A DNA stretch of 64,000 bases, taken from the IMG/VR virus record IMGVR_UViG_3300006922_000015; one strand, written 5' to 3'. This document shows, in pieces, positions 5,516 through 15,444 of this stretch (its first letter is position 1; each line of letters starts with the position of its first letter). Source of the stretch: an uncultured virus (IMG/VR IMGVR_UViG_3300006922_000015). Taxonomy: Duplodnaviria; Heunggongvirae; Uroviricota; Caudoviricetes. Position numbers and translations under genes: made by a program. Below the pieces are notes generated by a model. The model was not told the origin of the DNA, ran no database searches, and saw nothing but the letters and a program-made list of their open reading frames with translations.

Positions 5516-5683
5516 ATGGAAAGTATTCATATAGATTTGTCAGAGCATGAGATGGATGTAGTTCTGAATGCATTAGAGATTGCGGTCAATAATGCTGACG
5601 AGTATGACAGTGGTGAGTATGAGGAAGTATTGTTTGGCGTACAGCGAAAGCTTGACGAACAGTATGAGCTTGATGTAGAATAG
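5516..5683 (+). CDS. Small acidic hypothetical protein (55 aa, MESIHIDLSEHEMD...)
   Basis: Read manually: ATG 5516 to TAG 5681-5683. Confidence 0.65.
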   Translation: MESIHIDLSEHEMDVVLNALEIAVNNADEYDSGEYEEVLFGVQRKLDEQYELDVE

Positions 5684-5702
5684 TAGTTTACCACTAGTAA
5701 AA

Positions 5703-5939
5703 ATGCCTTACAAGATTTACAGTAAGAGAAATTGTTCTTACTGTGCCACTATCAAGAAAGTTTTAGAACAGGTAGGGGAGAGTTATATTGAATTAACATT
5801 AGATAATAATTTCACGAAGGAAGAATTCATTAGGAAGTTTGGATATGGCGCATCGTTTCCGAGGATAATGGAAGGCGATCAATTAATTGGTGGAGCGAAT
5901 GAAACTATCATGCATTTGCGTAAGCAAGGATTAGTATGA
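5703..5939 (+). CDS. nrdC: Glutaredoxin
   Basis: CSYC active site, SFPRI cis-Pro motif and IGG motif; 78 aa. Possible promoter TTGACG(5652)-18-TAGAAT(5676). Confidence 0.9.
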   Translation: MPYKIYSKRNCSYCATIKKVLEQVGESYIELTLDNNFTKEEFIRKFGYGASFPRIMEGDQLIGGANETIMHLRKQGLV

Positions 5940-6082
5940 AGGTAGGAGTTCAGATTGGAGAGAATAGCGAGATGATCTTTGATAGTTATGATGAAGCAAT
6001 GGATTACATTGAAGTTGTCATACCAGAGGTAGAATCGTTAAATATAAGTACCGATGACATTAAGGTAAAGTATTATGGCTAA
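5936..6082 (+). CDS. Small hypothetical protein (48 aa, MKVGVQIGENSE...)
   Basis: ATGA overlap with the glutaredoxin stop; TAA 6080-6082 overlaps the next gene's start. Confidence 0.6.
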   Translation: MKVGVQIGENSEMIFDSYDEAMDYIEVVIPEVESLNISTDDIKVKYYG

Positions 6083-6257
6083 GAAATGGCATATCAGAGA
6101 AAAGAACTCTTCACGTTACGTTGAGGGTGATTGGATCTATTACGTTCAGGGTAACATCTGGGGTGGATATGAAAAAGCAAATTATTGGAGAACCAAAAAG
6201 GAAGCGACAGCTTATCTTACTGACATTTTGAAGCGTGGGGAAGTTTATGGCAAATGA
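6075..6257 (+). CDS. Hypothetical protein (60 aa)
   Basis: ORF track; overlapping start/stop with neighbours. Confidence 0.65.
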   Translation: MAKKWHIREKNSSRYVEGDWIYYVQGNIWGGYEKANYWRTKKEATAYLTDILKRGEVYGK

Positions 6258-6444
6258 AGAATACTTTGACTTTGAGGAGGTACTTGAGCGCATAAATAAT
6301 CTCGAAGTAGTTGTATCACAGTTAATTACCCCAGAGTTAAATTACAAACGACCTGGAAGCGAAGAGTATGAAAGACTTACTGATACATTAGATTATCTCC
6401 ACAATAAGATAGCAGAACTAGAAAACAAATGTCATACACCATAG
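6247..6444 (+). CDS. Conserved cyanophage hypothetical protein (coiled coil, YKRPGSEEY motif)
   Basis: ORF 6235..6444, likely ATG 6247; contains late-promoter-like CATAAATA at 6291-6298. Confidence 0.7.
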   Translation: MANEEYFDFEEVLERINNLEVVVSQLITPELNYKRPGSEEYERLTDTLDYLHNKIAELENKCHTP

Positions 6445-7466
6445 TATACAGTGATTATAATGGTCTCCCTGGTGGAACAGGTAACTATGATTTTTTAAGT
6501 GGTGCTCAGGCACCAATACTACCTGCTGTAGATTTATTCAACAGTTTTAATTTTAAGATCTTATCAACCACAGCAGAAGTTGCAACACCCCCGACACAAG
6601 TAACTGGTGCGGGAAGATCTGGAACATCATATAATAGGAATTCAAACTATAGAACCAGAGGTACTAGGTATGGTGCTAGCACTAGGAAACCTGCAGGTGC
6701 ATATTCCGGTATTCATGTTGCCAGGATTCCTACCGAGATGAGATGGGTAGATACTGGCGGTCCTGATGGTGATGGTATCGCACAGAATGAGAAGGGCGAT
6801 TGGTTTAATCGTGAAGTATTATCTAAAGCAGATGGAAGGGGTGGTGGAGTTTCTTTCATACAGAATGCAGCGCCATCAGGTAATACTAGTTTTTCATTTG
6901 TTACTAGTGTTGATGAAGATGGAATAACAGATGCAGCTTCATTCACTGTACCTGATTGGAATACTTTAAGTATTCAAGGTTCTTATAATGGTGGTGTATT
7001 TTGTTATAATGAATTTGGATATCTTGATGAAGATCCAAATACATATGGAAATGCAAATTACACATCTAAAACATTTGAAGTAACTAGTCTTTATGAATTA
7101 CCAGAAAGGTTTGATAACCTTTATAAATTTATTCCAGACCAAAGAGAAAGTACAACACTTACATTTACAATTGAAGTAGACTGGAAACTTTATGTCAGTT
7201 ATGGAGTATATGCAGGGTATATTAATACAGCAAATGAAAATAAAATTTTAGATAGAATGGGATATAATAGTATCACTGATACTGGTACTGATACTCATGT
7301 TATTACCCATGTAATTAATAATGATACTGGTGATTGGCCTAGGATCTTAGAAGGAATTATTAATGAAAGGCAAAGACCTCAGGAAGAACAGAATGATCGT
7401 TTAGGACAAACATTTCCCACTACAGATATTGAAGTTACTTTACCTAAAAAAATAGAGGCGAAATAA
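6429..7466 (+). CDS. Hypothetical protein, probably virion-associated
   Basis: 345-aa ORF, G/T/S/N-rich, directly upstream of the PAAR gene and downstream of a late-type promoter. Confidence 0.7.
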   Translation: MSYTIVYSDYNGLPGGTGNYDFLSGAQAPILPAVDLFNSFNFKILSTTAEVATPPTQVTGAGRSGTSYNRNSNYRTRGTRYGASTRKPAGAYSGIHVARIPTEMRWVDTGGPDGDGIAQNEKGDWFNREVLSKADGRGGGVSFIQNAAPSGNTSFSFVTSVDEDGITDAASFTVPDWNTLSIQGSYNGGVFCYNEFGYLDEDPNTYGNANYTSKTFEVTSLYELPERFDNLYKFIPDQRESTTLTFTIEVDWKLYVSYGVYAGYINTANENKILDRMGYNSITDTGTDTHVITHVINNDTGDWPRILEGIINERQRPQEEQNDRLGQTFPTTDIEVTLPKKIEAK

Positions 7467-7467
7467 T

Positions 7468-7773
7468 ATGAGAGCTGCTGGTAGGATCGGAGATGTTTAT
7501 ATAAACAGGTGTACTACACCAATACAGGGCACAGGTGCTCCAACTGTTTTTATGGAACAACTTGCTGCCAGTAGAATTGGTGATCGGACTATTCCTTATC
7601 AGGAAATAGTTCCCTGTCCGAAATGTTGTAAGACTTTTAAAGCAACTGTTCTTTCTGGATCCAAGAAGGTATTTTCTCAGGGACTGGCGCAGGAAGCAAT
7701 TGCAGATAAGGCATTAGGTATTACTGGATCATTTCCTTTACTTAAAGGCGCTAAAACAGTATATGTAATATGA
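7468..7773 (+). CDS. PAAR-like spike-tip protein (T4 gp5.4-like)
   Basis: AAGRIGD / AASRIGD / EAIAD repeats with G..TVF, GSKKVF and GAKTVY strands; Cys-rich; 101 aa. Confidence 0.8.
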   Translation: MRAAGRIGDVYINRCTTPIQGTGAPTVFMEQLAASRIGDRTIPYQEIVPCPKCCKTFKATVLSGSKKVFSQGLAQEAIADKALGITGSFPLLKGAKTVYVI

Positions 7774-10700
7774 AAATAATTCCATTTAGCAATCAAGTTA
7801 AATTTATTCCTAAAGACAATAATGGTGATGGGATAATTCCTGCTGCTTGGTTTACTGTAACTGAAACAGATATTGCTATTGCTGAATCTGGTTCAGGCGC
7901 TACGACTGCTGATATTGCTGATCCTAATAATGCTCCTGGAGGAGGATCTGCTGGTGGAGGTGGTGGCGGTGGCACAAGATTGGTTGACTTAATACCACTT
8001 ATCATTAATGTAGCGCCATCTGAAGATACCGTTATTCAATTATCTGAACCAACAACTGTTCCATATGTATTAACAGCAACTGCCGATACTAACTTGGCAG
8101 ATCCATTATTACTGGGATATCAGTGGCAATTGAAAGATTCTGGAACTAATAGTTATGTTGATATTGCTAATGCTAATTCTACAACATATTCAATTCCTGC
8201 AGGAATGACTGTAGCAAATGCTGATGGTGATAGTTATAGATGTAAAATTACTCATAGTGGTACTGCAGTAAATACTCCTCAATTTACATTTCCTTTTGTA
8301 TTTGATATTCGCAGAACAATTACGATTACATCACAACCTGAATTAGTAGGATCTGGAGTTGCTGGTGATACACTTACTTTAAGTGTTGCGGCAACAATTA
8401 GCAGTGATGTAATTAGTTTTCAGTGGCAACTGAAAGAAAATAATACTAATACTTTTATTAGTATTATTGGTGCTAATTCAGCAAGTTATACTACACCAAT
8501 ATTAGACACCTATGAAGATAATGGGGATCAATATAGATGTATTCTAACTAATCCATTTGCAAACACTGTAACATCATCTATTGTTACGCTGATTGTTGAT
8601 GGTGCTGATTTTAGAGTAGTTCCTCCCATTTACAGAATTGATTCTGAGGGTGTTGGATATGATACAGAATTTTGGAGTTTGGAAAAAGATGGTGCATTAA
8701 TCTTAGATCCATCAGTAAGTTCTGATTATACTCTTACTTCATTGGATAGTAAAAGATCTAAATTTCTTTCTCATCTATGGGGTCAGGGAACATGTGCTGG
8801 TAAAGGTGGTTACACAAAAGCAGGTGTTCCTATTGCATCAACTGAAAGTGTTTCTGCTAGATTGAATGCTGGTGCAGGTGCTGCTGGATCTTCTGATAGT
8901 GGACGCTATGCTGAAGCAGGCGGTGGGTATGCTGGTATTTTTGAAGGCACTGTCATATCTCATGCAACTGCTCTTGCTGTCGCAGGTGGTGCTGGGGGTT
9001 CTAGTCTTAATACATCTTCTTCTTGTACTGGATCACAATCATCAATATCATATCCTTATACTGTTACTACTTCGTATCAGCAAGCATATGATTGTTCGAC
9101 AACTGAGTATAAAAACAATTCAGGAACCATCCGTCATCTCTTTGATTGGCCTGGTAATCGTACTTTATCTTTAACGCATACTGGAACCCCACTGCAGGCT
9201 CGTTTCGCCACTGGTGGGCAACATGCGGCAAGAAGATATTATGTATTTTTTGCTCCAGGCCATTATATGTTGGATAATAATTATTCTTTGAGCATTTCTA
9301 GTAGTGGATGTACTGCTGGAACTAGACCTAGATGCCCTGGGATGTATTATACTATTAATATGAAATACTTCCACTTTTTCTCCGTTACTTTTTATAGATA
9401 TGATAAGAATGTTACTTCATTCGTATCAAGTTTCTCTTATTCGGCTTCACAATCAAAAAGAACTCCAAGAACATGCTATAGAACTGCTTATACTAGCACT
9501 ACTAACTATTATACTCATACACCAACTGCAGCAGTCTCTGGTGGGTCTGGAGGTGGTCTAACAGGAACTGATGGTGGTGATAGTTCGCAATCAGTAATTT
9601 CTGCTAAGGGAGGTGATGCTGGATCCCAGTCTGCGGGAGGTGCAGGAGGTACAACTTCATCTGCTGGATCGACTAACGGATCTGATGGTTCTGCGCTGCA
9701 GGGTGGTAGTGGTGGTGCTAACAGCGGATCTTATGCTGCTCCTGGAGGCGGTGGCGGCGGTGGAGGATATTATGGTGGTGGCGGTGGTGCCGGTGGTTAT
9801 GATGGATATAATGGAAGTAGTAATCCTGGAAGAGGAACACAATCAGGTGGCGGCGGTGCTGGTGGTGCAGGTTATATTGATACCAGTGTAGTTGGAACTA
9901 CAGGATCATTTGCTAATGAAACTAATACGAATAGAGGAACTGCTGGTGAAGAAAGTCAAAATTCAAGAATTGTTATTAATGCAACATATATTGAAATAAC
10001 AGCAGAACCAGAATCTTCTGTAGTTAATGAAGGAGATACAGTTACATTTACTGTAGGAGCATCAGTAATAAATGGTGAAGGTGAATTAGTAAGTTTTCAG
10101 TGGCAGAAAAAGACATCTGGTATTTGGAATGATATTTCTGGAGCAAATTCTGCTAATTATGTTACACCTTCATTAACTCTTTCAAATACTAATGAATCTT
10201 ATCGTTGCGTTTTAAATAATGACTATTGTGCAGAAAAAATTAGTGGAGAAGCTCTTACTGTTGTAGCAGGAGCAGCGGAAACTAATTTTGTAATTACTAA
10301 TACTGGTCAGACGAATATACCAATACCATCTGCCGCTTCTGAGTTTACGTTTAAAATTTGGGGTGCTGGTGGTGCAGGTACTGGGGAAGGTTTCAATGTT
10401 AGAGGTGGATCTGGTGGATTTGCGATGGGTACTATACTTATTCCTGATAATAATACAGATAGTATTAATGTATTTGTTGGTGCTTCCGGTTTAGGTTCTC
10501 CTGTTGGTATGTCTGGATATGGCGCAGGGCGTGGTGGTCAAAGATCGGAAATGACATTCGGATCAAATGTTGTTTATGTTGGAGGTGGTGGAGGATCAGC
10601 ACAGGCAGGTAATGGTGGATTTGGCGGTGGTGCTAACAGACCTGGTGGTGCTGGTGATGGTACATTTACTGTTGGTAGTGGTGCTAGCACTTCAGGAGGT

Positions 10701-11804
10701 GGAAGCACTGGTGGTACTACAGGTCGTTCTGGTGGTGGAGCTGGTGGTGGATTCCCTTACAACACTGGTAACCGTGGAGGCGGCGGCGGATCAGGATATT
10801 ATGGTGGCGGCGGTGGCAGCGGCGGCAATGGCACCACAGGAAAGTCTGGCGGCGGCGGCGGTGGATCAGGATATAAAACTGGAACCACCATTACTAATTT
10901 TGTAACTGCTGATGGTTCCAGAGGATCTACTATTGCTCCATATTCAACTGATCCAGACTATGTTTCTGGTCGTGGTGCTGGTGGAGGTGGAGATGGTCTT
11001 GCAGTAATTAATTTCCTTGTAGAAAATCAATTAGTCATGACTGGTCTTAGTACTTCTTCTACAACCGATATTAGTGCTTTATCTTCACCTATAACTCTCT
11101 CTGAGAATGTTCTTTTATCGCCGCTCGATGGCGATTATGATGTAGTTGTAAGATGTCGTGGCGGAAGTCCATCTGGAACAGGTGCATATGTTCAGGGATC
11201 AATTCGCATGACAAGTGGAAATATTTACAGACTTTATTATGATGCCAAGATTGCTGCAGTTTTCTTCGGGACCGATAAAAAAGCAGATAAATGTATAATG
11301 CTTGGCGCTCAAGGTGGATCTGAGGGCAGGGGTGTATATGGTGGAATTGGTGCCGGTGGTAATGCTGGATATCCGTCTGGAAGTTCTGGAAGTAATCTCA
11401 ATGCTTCTGGCGGCGGAGGTGGTGGGACAACATCTGGTTACAGATCAGGATCTGGTGGTGGTGGTGGATATGAGGGAGCTAGTGATGGATATAGTGGATC
11501 CCCTGGAACTGATGGTGGGTTCTTCAAATCTGGCAGAAAAGGTCGTGGTGTTGATGGTAATGGTGGTAATGGTGGTATGGGATATTTCGGTGGCGGCGGC
11601 GGTGGCGGCGGTTGGGATTTAGAATATAATGCTGGCGGTGAATTTGGTGGCGGTGGCGGTGGCGGATCTTCCTATTATGGAGGTCTTCCAAAACCTTCTA
11701 TTAATTCTAATAGTCCAGCAGAAGTTGTTGTCAGTAATCCTTCCGCTGGAAATGAAGCAGGAGGAGTTGAACTTAAAATTATCAGTGTCACTCTTGTGCC
11801 TTGA
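7770..11804 (+). CDS. Glycine-rich virion fibre/adhesin with Ig-like domains
   Basis: Three Ig-like repeats (YQWQ/FQWQ...I.GANS..Y.......YRC) and three polyglycine domains (WGAGG, GGGGGGYYGGGGG) of the ALK/LTK-like or gp38-like type. Confidence 0.8.
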   Translation: MKIIPFSNQVKFIPKDNNGDGIIPAAWFTVTETDIAIAESGSGATTADIADPNNAPGGGSAGGGGGGGTRLVDLIPLIINVAPSEDTVIQLSEPTTVPYVLTATADTNLADPLLLGYQWQLKDSGTNSYVDIANANSTTYSIPAGMTVANADGDSYRCKITHSGTAVNTPQFTFPFVFDIRRTITITSQPELVGSGVAGDTLTLSVAATISSDVISFQWQLKENNTNTFISIIGANSASYTTPILDTYEDNGDQYRCILTNPFANTVTSSIVTLIVDGADFRVVPPIYRIDSEGVGYDTEFWSLEKDGALILDPSVSSDYTLTSLDSKRSKFLSHLWGQGTCAGKGGYTKAGVPIASTESVSARLNAGAGAAGSSDSGRYAEAGGGYAGIFEGTVISHATALAVAGGAGGSSLNTSSSCTGSQSSISYPYTVTTSYQQAYDCSTTEYKNNSGTIRHLFDWPGNRTLSLTHTGTPLQARFATGGQHAARRYYVFFAPGHYMLDNNYSLSISSSGCTAGTRPRCPGMYYTINMKYFHFFSVTFYRYDKNVTSFVSSFSYSASQSKRTPRTCYRTAYTSTTNYYTHTPTAAVSGGSGGGLTGTDGGDSSQSVISAKGGDAGSQSAGGAGGTTSSAGSTNGSDGSALQGGSGGANSGSYAAPGGGGGGGGYYGGGGGAGGYDGYNGSSNPGRGTQSGGGGAGGAGYIDTSVVGTTGSFANETNTNRGTAGEESQNSRIVINATYIEITAEPESSVVNEGDTVTFTVGASVINGEGELVSFQWQKKTSGIWNDISGANSANYVTPSLTLSNTNESYRCVLNNDYCAEKISGEALTVVAGAAETNFVITNTGQTNIPIPSAASEFTFKIWGAGGAGTGEGFNVRGGSGGFAMGTILIPDNNTDSINVFVGASGLGSPVGMSGYGAGRGGQRSEMTFGSNVVYVGGGGGSAQAGNGGFGGGANRPGGAGDGTFTVGSGASTSGGGSTGGTTGRSGGGAGGGFPYNTGNRGGGGGSGYYGGGGGSGGNGTTGKSGGGGGGSGYKTGTTITNFVTADGSRGSTIAPYSTDPDYVSGRGAGGGGDGLAVINFLVENQLVMTGLSTSSTTDISALSSPITLSENVLLSPLDGDYDVVVRCRGGSPSGTGAYVQGSIRMTSGNIYRLYYDAKIAAVFFGTDKKADKCIMLGAQGGSEGRGVYGGIGAGGNAGYPSGSSGSNLNASGGGGGGTTSGYRSGSGGGGGYEGASDGYSGSPGTDGGFFKSGRKGRGVDGNGGNGGMGYFGGGGGGGGWDLEYNAGGEFGGGGGGGSSYYGGLPKPSINSNSPAEVVVSNPSAGNEAGGVELKIISVTLVP

Positions 11805-11829
11805 CAGATTTCGTTTATGTTGGTATACT
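11801..11829 (+). promoter_or_regulatory. sigma70-type promoter
   Basis: TTGACA (11801), 17 bp, TATACT (11824-11829). Confidence 0.8.
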
Positions 11830-11853
11830 ATTTGAGTAGTCAATAATTCAGTA

Positions 11854-11997
11854 ATGGCAAGTAGACCAAGCTTTAGTTCAAACGAAAATATTGAGTCAAA
11901 ACCAAAAAGAACACGTCAGGGAACTGGTAAACATACTAAATATAGTGCAACCTCCAGTAATGGAAAGCGTAAACGTTATCGAGGACAAGGAAGATGA
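11854..11997 (+). CDS. Small basic conserved cyanophage protein (47 aa, ...PKRTRQGTGKHTKYSATSSNGKRKRYRGQGR)
   Basis: Read manually: ATG 11854 to TGA 11995-11997; the KRYRGQG ending is characteristic of a T4-like cyanophage mini-gene near g25. Confidence 0.8.
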   Translation: MASRPSFSSNENIESKPKRTRQGTGKHTKYSATSSNGKRKRYRGQGR

Positions 11998-12092
11998 GCG
12001 AAGAAACACCAGCACCAAAGTCTTATGGTTATGTTGTAGGCAAAAAACCTTCTGAGCAAGATCACCCAGATAAAGAAAAGTCTGATGAGTGA
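11994..12092 (+). CDS. Very small hypothetical protein (32 aa, MSEETPAPKSYGY...)
   Basis: ATGA-coupled to the upstream gene; stop overlaps the next gene's start. Confidence 0.45.
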   Translation: MSEETPAPKSYGYVVGKKPSEQDHPDKEKSDE

Positions 12093-12534
12093 AATTGAAG
12101 AGCATATTAAAGAGTGGATTGGTAAAATTTCTGAGTTCAGACCAGAACTAAACAATTTTGCAGTCTGCCCTTTCTCTTCAACAGCAACTTACAAGATTAT
12201 TGAAGTGCCTATTGACGATATCATGCCTTTAACTGGGTATGATGTCGTCATTTTTGTTGTTGAAGACTATTTGGATGTCAATGCTATTCAAATGTGGTGT
12301 GAAATTTACAATACCATCTACCCTGAATACATTTTTTTGGAGGATTGCGCTTATTCTCATACCTTCATCAATGGTATTCAGACAAATAATGCAAAATATA
12401 ACTTGCTATTGTGTCAAAGTAAACAAAAACTACGTCAAAGTCGTGAAATTTTAGTAAAAAATGGATATTACCATCATTGGAGTGACAAAATGTTAGAAGA
12501 AATTCTTGGAGATGATTACGAGATAGTAAAATGA
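12085..12534 (+). CDS. Conserved cyanophage hypothetical protein
   Basis: 149 aa; LNNFAVCPF and R..L...GYY..W motifs. Confidence 0.75.
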   Translation: MSEIEEHIKEWIGKISEFRPELNNFAVCPFSSTATYKIIEVPIDDIMPLTGYDVVIFVVEDYLDVNAIQMWCEIYNTIYPEYIFLEDCAYSHTFINGIQTNNAKYNLLLCQSKQKLRQSREILVKNGYYHHWSDKMLEEILGDDYEIVK

Positions 12535-13130
12535 CTGAAATTATCCCCATTTTTCCTACTCTTATTGTCAAAAATGATACTAATCCTGCTTTTGGGCGAA
12601 TAGAAGAGTCATTTTTAAATTATGCATACTCGGAAATGGCATCTAGTCCGGGTGTTCTGAAATCAAATAAAGGCGGTTGGCAATCAGTGTCAACACTTAA
12701 GGATAGAGAGGACTTTATCCCATATTCTCAATTTTTATTAGATCAATCACATATAGCTTTAGGTAAATTATTCACGTATAATACTAAATTAGAACTTCTC
12801 AGTTGTTGGTTTAATTGTAATCGTGATGATAATGGAAATGAATGGCATATTCATCCATCTGCTGATGTTGCTGGATGCTTATGGTTAAAGACTACAGAAA
12901 ATTCGGGACCATTATCTTTTATGAATCCTCATCAATATGATCATTATTTGTGGCATGAAAAATGCAAATCAATTATGAAAGAAAAATATGCATTTGATGG
13001 AAATCTTTTTATTAAACCTATTGCAGGTACAATAATTTTATTTCCACCAAACACATTTCATAAGGTAATGCCTAATGATACTGATGAAGAAAGAATGTCC
13101 ATAGCCTTTAATTTGAGGATAAAGATGTAA
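12531..13130 (+). CDS. Putative 2OG-Fe(II) oxygenase (TIGR02466-like)
   Basis: IFPT start, SN.GGWQS, W.N......N..HIH, ILFP...H.V.PN...ER.SIAFN. Confidence 0.85.
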   Translation: MTEIIPIFPTLIVKNDTNPAFGRIEESFLNYAYSEMASSPGVLKSNKGGWQSVSTLKDREDFIPYSQFLLDQSHIALGKLFTYNTKLELLSCWFNCNRDDNGNEWHIHPSADVAGCLWLKTTENSGPLSFMNPHQYDHYLWHEKCKSIMKEKYAFDGNLFIKPIAGTIILFPPNTFHKVMPNDTDEERMSIAFNLRIKM

Positions 13131-13156
13131 TGATTATAACGTTTCAGATAAACCAC

Positions 13157-13164
13157 TATAAATA
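13157..13164 (+). promoter_or_regulatory. T4-type late promoter
   Basis: TATAAATA 20 nt upstream of g25. Confidence 0.8.
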
Positions 13165-13184
13165 ATTGAAACATTCTGTCTCAA

Positions 13185-13589
13185 ATGGCATTAAAAGCAT
13201 CAAGATCCTATAAGGACTTGAGTTTCACATTTAAAACCAACCCATTACGGAAGGATTTAAACCTTTTGAAGGATGAAAATGCGATTAAGAGATCACTCCT
13301 TAATCTTTTTTCTTACAGGAAGGGTGAAAAGTTTTTTAATGCTAGTTTTGGTAGTGGAATTCCTGAATTGTTATTTGATCCGTTTGATTTTGTTACTGCT
13401 GGATCAATAAAAACTGAAATAGAAAATCTGATTACATTATATGAACCAAGAATTAACCTTATTGAGGTAGTTTTGGATTTGAATGAAGATCAATATGAGT
13501 ATGATATTCAAGTAATTTATAGTATTCCTGATACAGATCCTCAAATCTTTACTACTTCATTAACATTAACGTCATCATCAAAGATATAA
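13185..13589 (+). CDS. g25: Baseplate wedge subunit gp25
   Basis: KDLSFTF..NP...D....KDENAIKRS..NL....GE..F...FGS, YEPRI; directly upstream of gp6. Confidence 0.92.
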   Translation: MALKASRSYKDLSFTFKTNPLRKDLNLLKDENAIKRSLLNLFSYRKGEKFFNASFGSGIPELLFDPFDFVTAGSIKTEIENLITLYEPRINLIEVVLDLNEDQYEYDIQVIYSIPDTDPQIFTTSLTLTSSSKI

Positions 13590-13592
13590 TCA

Positions 13593-15443
13593 ATGGCATT
13601 CGCACAAGTTAGTTCCCTAGATTACGCTGATATCAAATCTGCCTTAGTTGATTACCTGAGGCGAAATACTGATTTCACAGATTACGACTTTGAAGGATCA
13701 ACACTATCTTCTATTGTTGACCTCTTAGCATACAACACTTATTATACTGCCTTCAATACTACGATGGCAGTTAATGAGAGTTTTTTGGCATCTGCCTCTT
13801 TAAGAGACAATATCGTAAAAGTTGCCAAACAACTTGGATATAGTCCAAAGTCAACAACGTCAGCAACAGCATTTCTTAAATTAAAAGTTGATTTTAGTAG
13901 TGTTGCTGCAGTTGACCAAAGATTAGTGCCATCATTCCTTACTCTCAAGAAAGGTAACTGTTTTATTTCATCAAATCCAGAAAATAGAAACGAAACATAC
14001 CAATTTTCTATTTTAGAAGATGTTGTATCTCCGGTAACGAATAATATTGGATATATTTCAAATGTTTCATCGGATCAATTGCAAGTAACCGAAGGAATTT
14101 ACTTAAATTTTAGTTATGTCGTAGATAATACAATTCCCAATCAAAAATTTATCATTCCTACTGCTAATGTAGACACTGAAACCATTAAAGTAGTAGTAAG
14201 AGAAAATGCTGCGGCGTCAAAAACTGAAATTTTCACAAAAGTTGAAAATATCCTTGATGTGACTGCAGTCGATAAAGTATTCTTCGTTCAGGAGACTGAT
14301 GATGCAAGATATGAATTAATTTTTGGTGATGATGTACTGGGTAAGAAAGTTACTGACGGACAGATTATCGAAGTTACATATATTGCATCATCTGGTAAAA
14401 CAGCAAACAAATTAAAGAATTTTGTTTTCTCTGGTGAAATTTATGACGAAAATTTGAATCGAGTTTTGACGGGTATTACAACAACAGTTGTAGTTGGTTC
14501 TGAAGGTGGTGATGATATTGAAGATAATGAAGTAATTAAAAAAAATGCTCCTGCATTCTATTCTTCACAGAATAGAGCAGTGACATTAGAAGATTATAAG
14601 GTAATTACTCAAAGACTTTACTCAGCAATTGCTGATATTATTGTATATGGTGGCGAAAGTGAAGAACCACCTGAGTATGGTCGTGTAAAAATTGCCATCA
14701 AACCAAAATTTAGCGATATTTTAAGTAATTCTACTAAAAGAGATATTATTACTAAACTTAAGAAGTATACAGTTGCTTCTGTTACTCCAATTATTGTTGA
14801 TCCATCGATTGTTGATGTAGTTTTAAACACTAAAATTTATTATAGGCAAACTGAAACTAATTTAACATCCGAGCAAATTAGAAACGTTGTAATTCAAAAT
14901 TTAACTGAATATAGAGATACTAATAATATTAGTAAATTTGGTGGAGTGATTAGAAAAAGTAAAGTAACTACAGTTGTTGATGCTTCCGAAAGTTCAATTA
15001 CAGGTAATGTTACTGATTTTGTATTGAGGAAAAAATTAGTACCAGCACTTAATACTACAGCTCAATACTTGTTATGCTATGTAAATCAATTCCAAACATC
15101 ATGTGCTGGAAAAACCACTATCACAAGTTCCAAATTTAGAACTGTAAATTATCCAAATGATGATTCATTCATGGAAAATACTGAGGATGGTGCAATTAGA
15201 ATATATACTATTGATTCTGCTACTGCATCTAAAAAAATTCTAGTTGAAAATGCAGGAACTGTTGATTTTATTAATGGCAAAGTGAATATAAATTCAATTC
15301 AATTTGTTAGTGGCAGCAATGAAGATAATGAAATCTTTATTAGCGCCATTCCCTTTAATGATGATGTGAGTGCAGTGAGAGAAGTATACTTAAATCTCTC
15401 AATAGAAGATAGCATTCTCCAGGTATTCCAAGAAACAGCATAA
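13593..15443 (+). CDS. g6: Baseplate wedge subunit gp6
   Basis: FTDYDFEGS.LS...DLLAYNTYY, QNRAVT..DY, PPEYG.V.I.IKP motifs; 616 aa. Confidence 0.95.
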   Translation: MAFAQVSSLDYADIKSALVDYLRRNTDFTDYDFEGSTLSSIVDLLAYNTYYTAFNTTMAVNESFLASASLRDNIVKVAKQLGYSPKSTTSATAFLKLKVDFSSVAAVDQRLVPSFLTLKKGNCFISSNPENRNETYQFSILEDVVSPVTNNIGYISNVSSDQLQVTEGIYLNFSYVVDNTIPNQKFIIPTANVDTETIKVVVRENAAASKTEIFTKVENILDVTAVDKVFFVQETDDARYELIFGDDVLGKKVTDGQIIEVTYIASSGKTANKLKNFVFSGEIYDENLNRVLTGITTTVVVGSEGGDDIEDNEVIKKNAPAFYSSQNRAVTLEDYKVITQRLYSAIADIIVYGGESEEPPEYGRVKIAIKPKFSDILSNSTKRDIITKLKKYTVASVTPIIVDPSIVDVVLNTKIYYRQTETNLTSEQIRNVVIQNLTEYRDTNNISKFGGVIRKSKVTTVVDASESSITGNVTDFVLRKKLVPALNTTAQYLLCYVNQFQTSCAGKTTITSSKFRTVNYPNDDSFMENTEDGAIRIYTIDSATASKKILVENAGTVDFINGKVNINSIQFVSGSNEDNEIFISAIPFNDDVSAVREVYLNLSIEDSILQVFQETA

Positions 15444-15444
15444 A

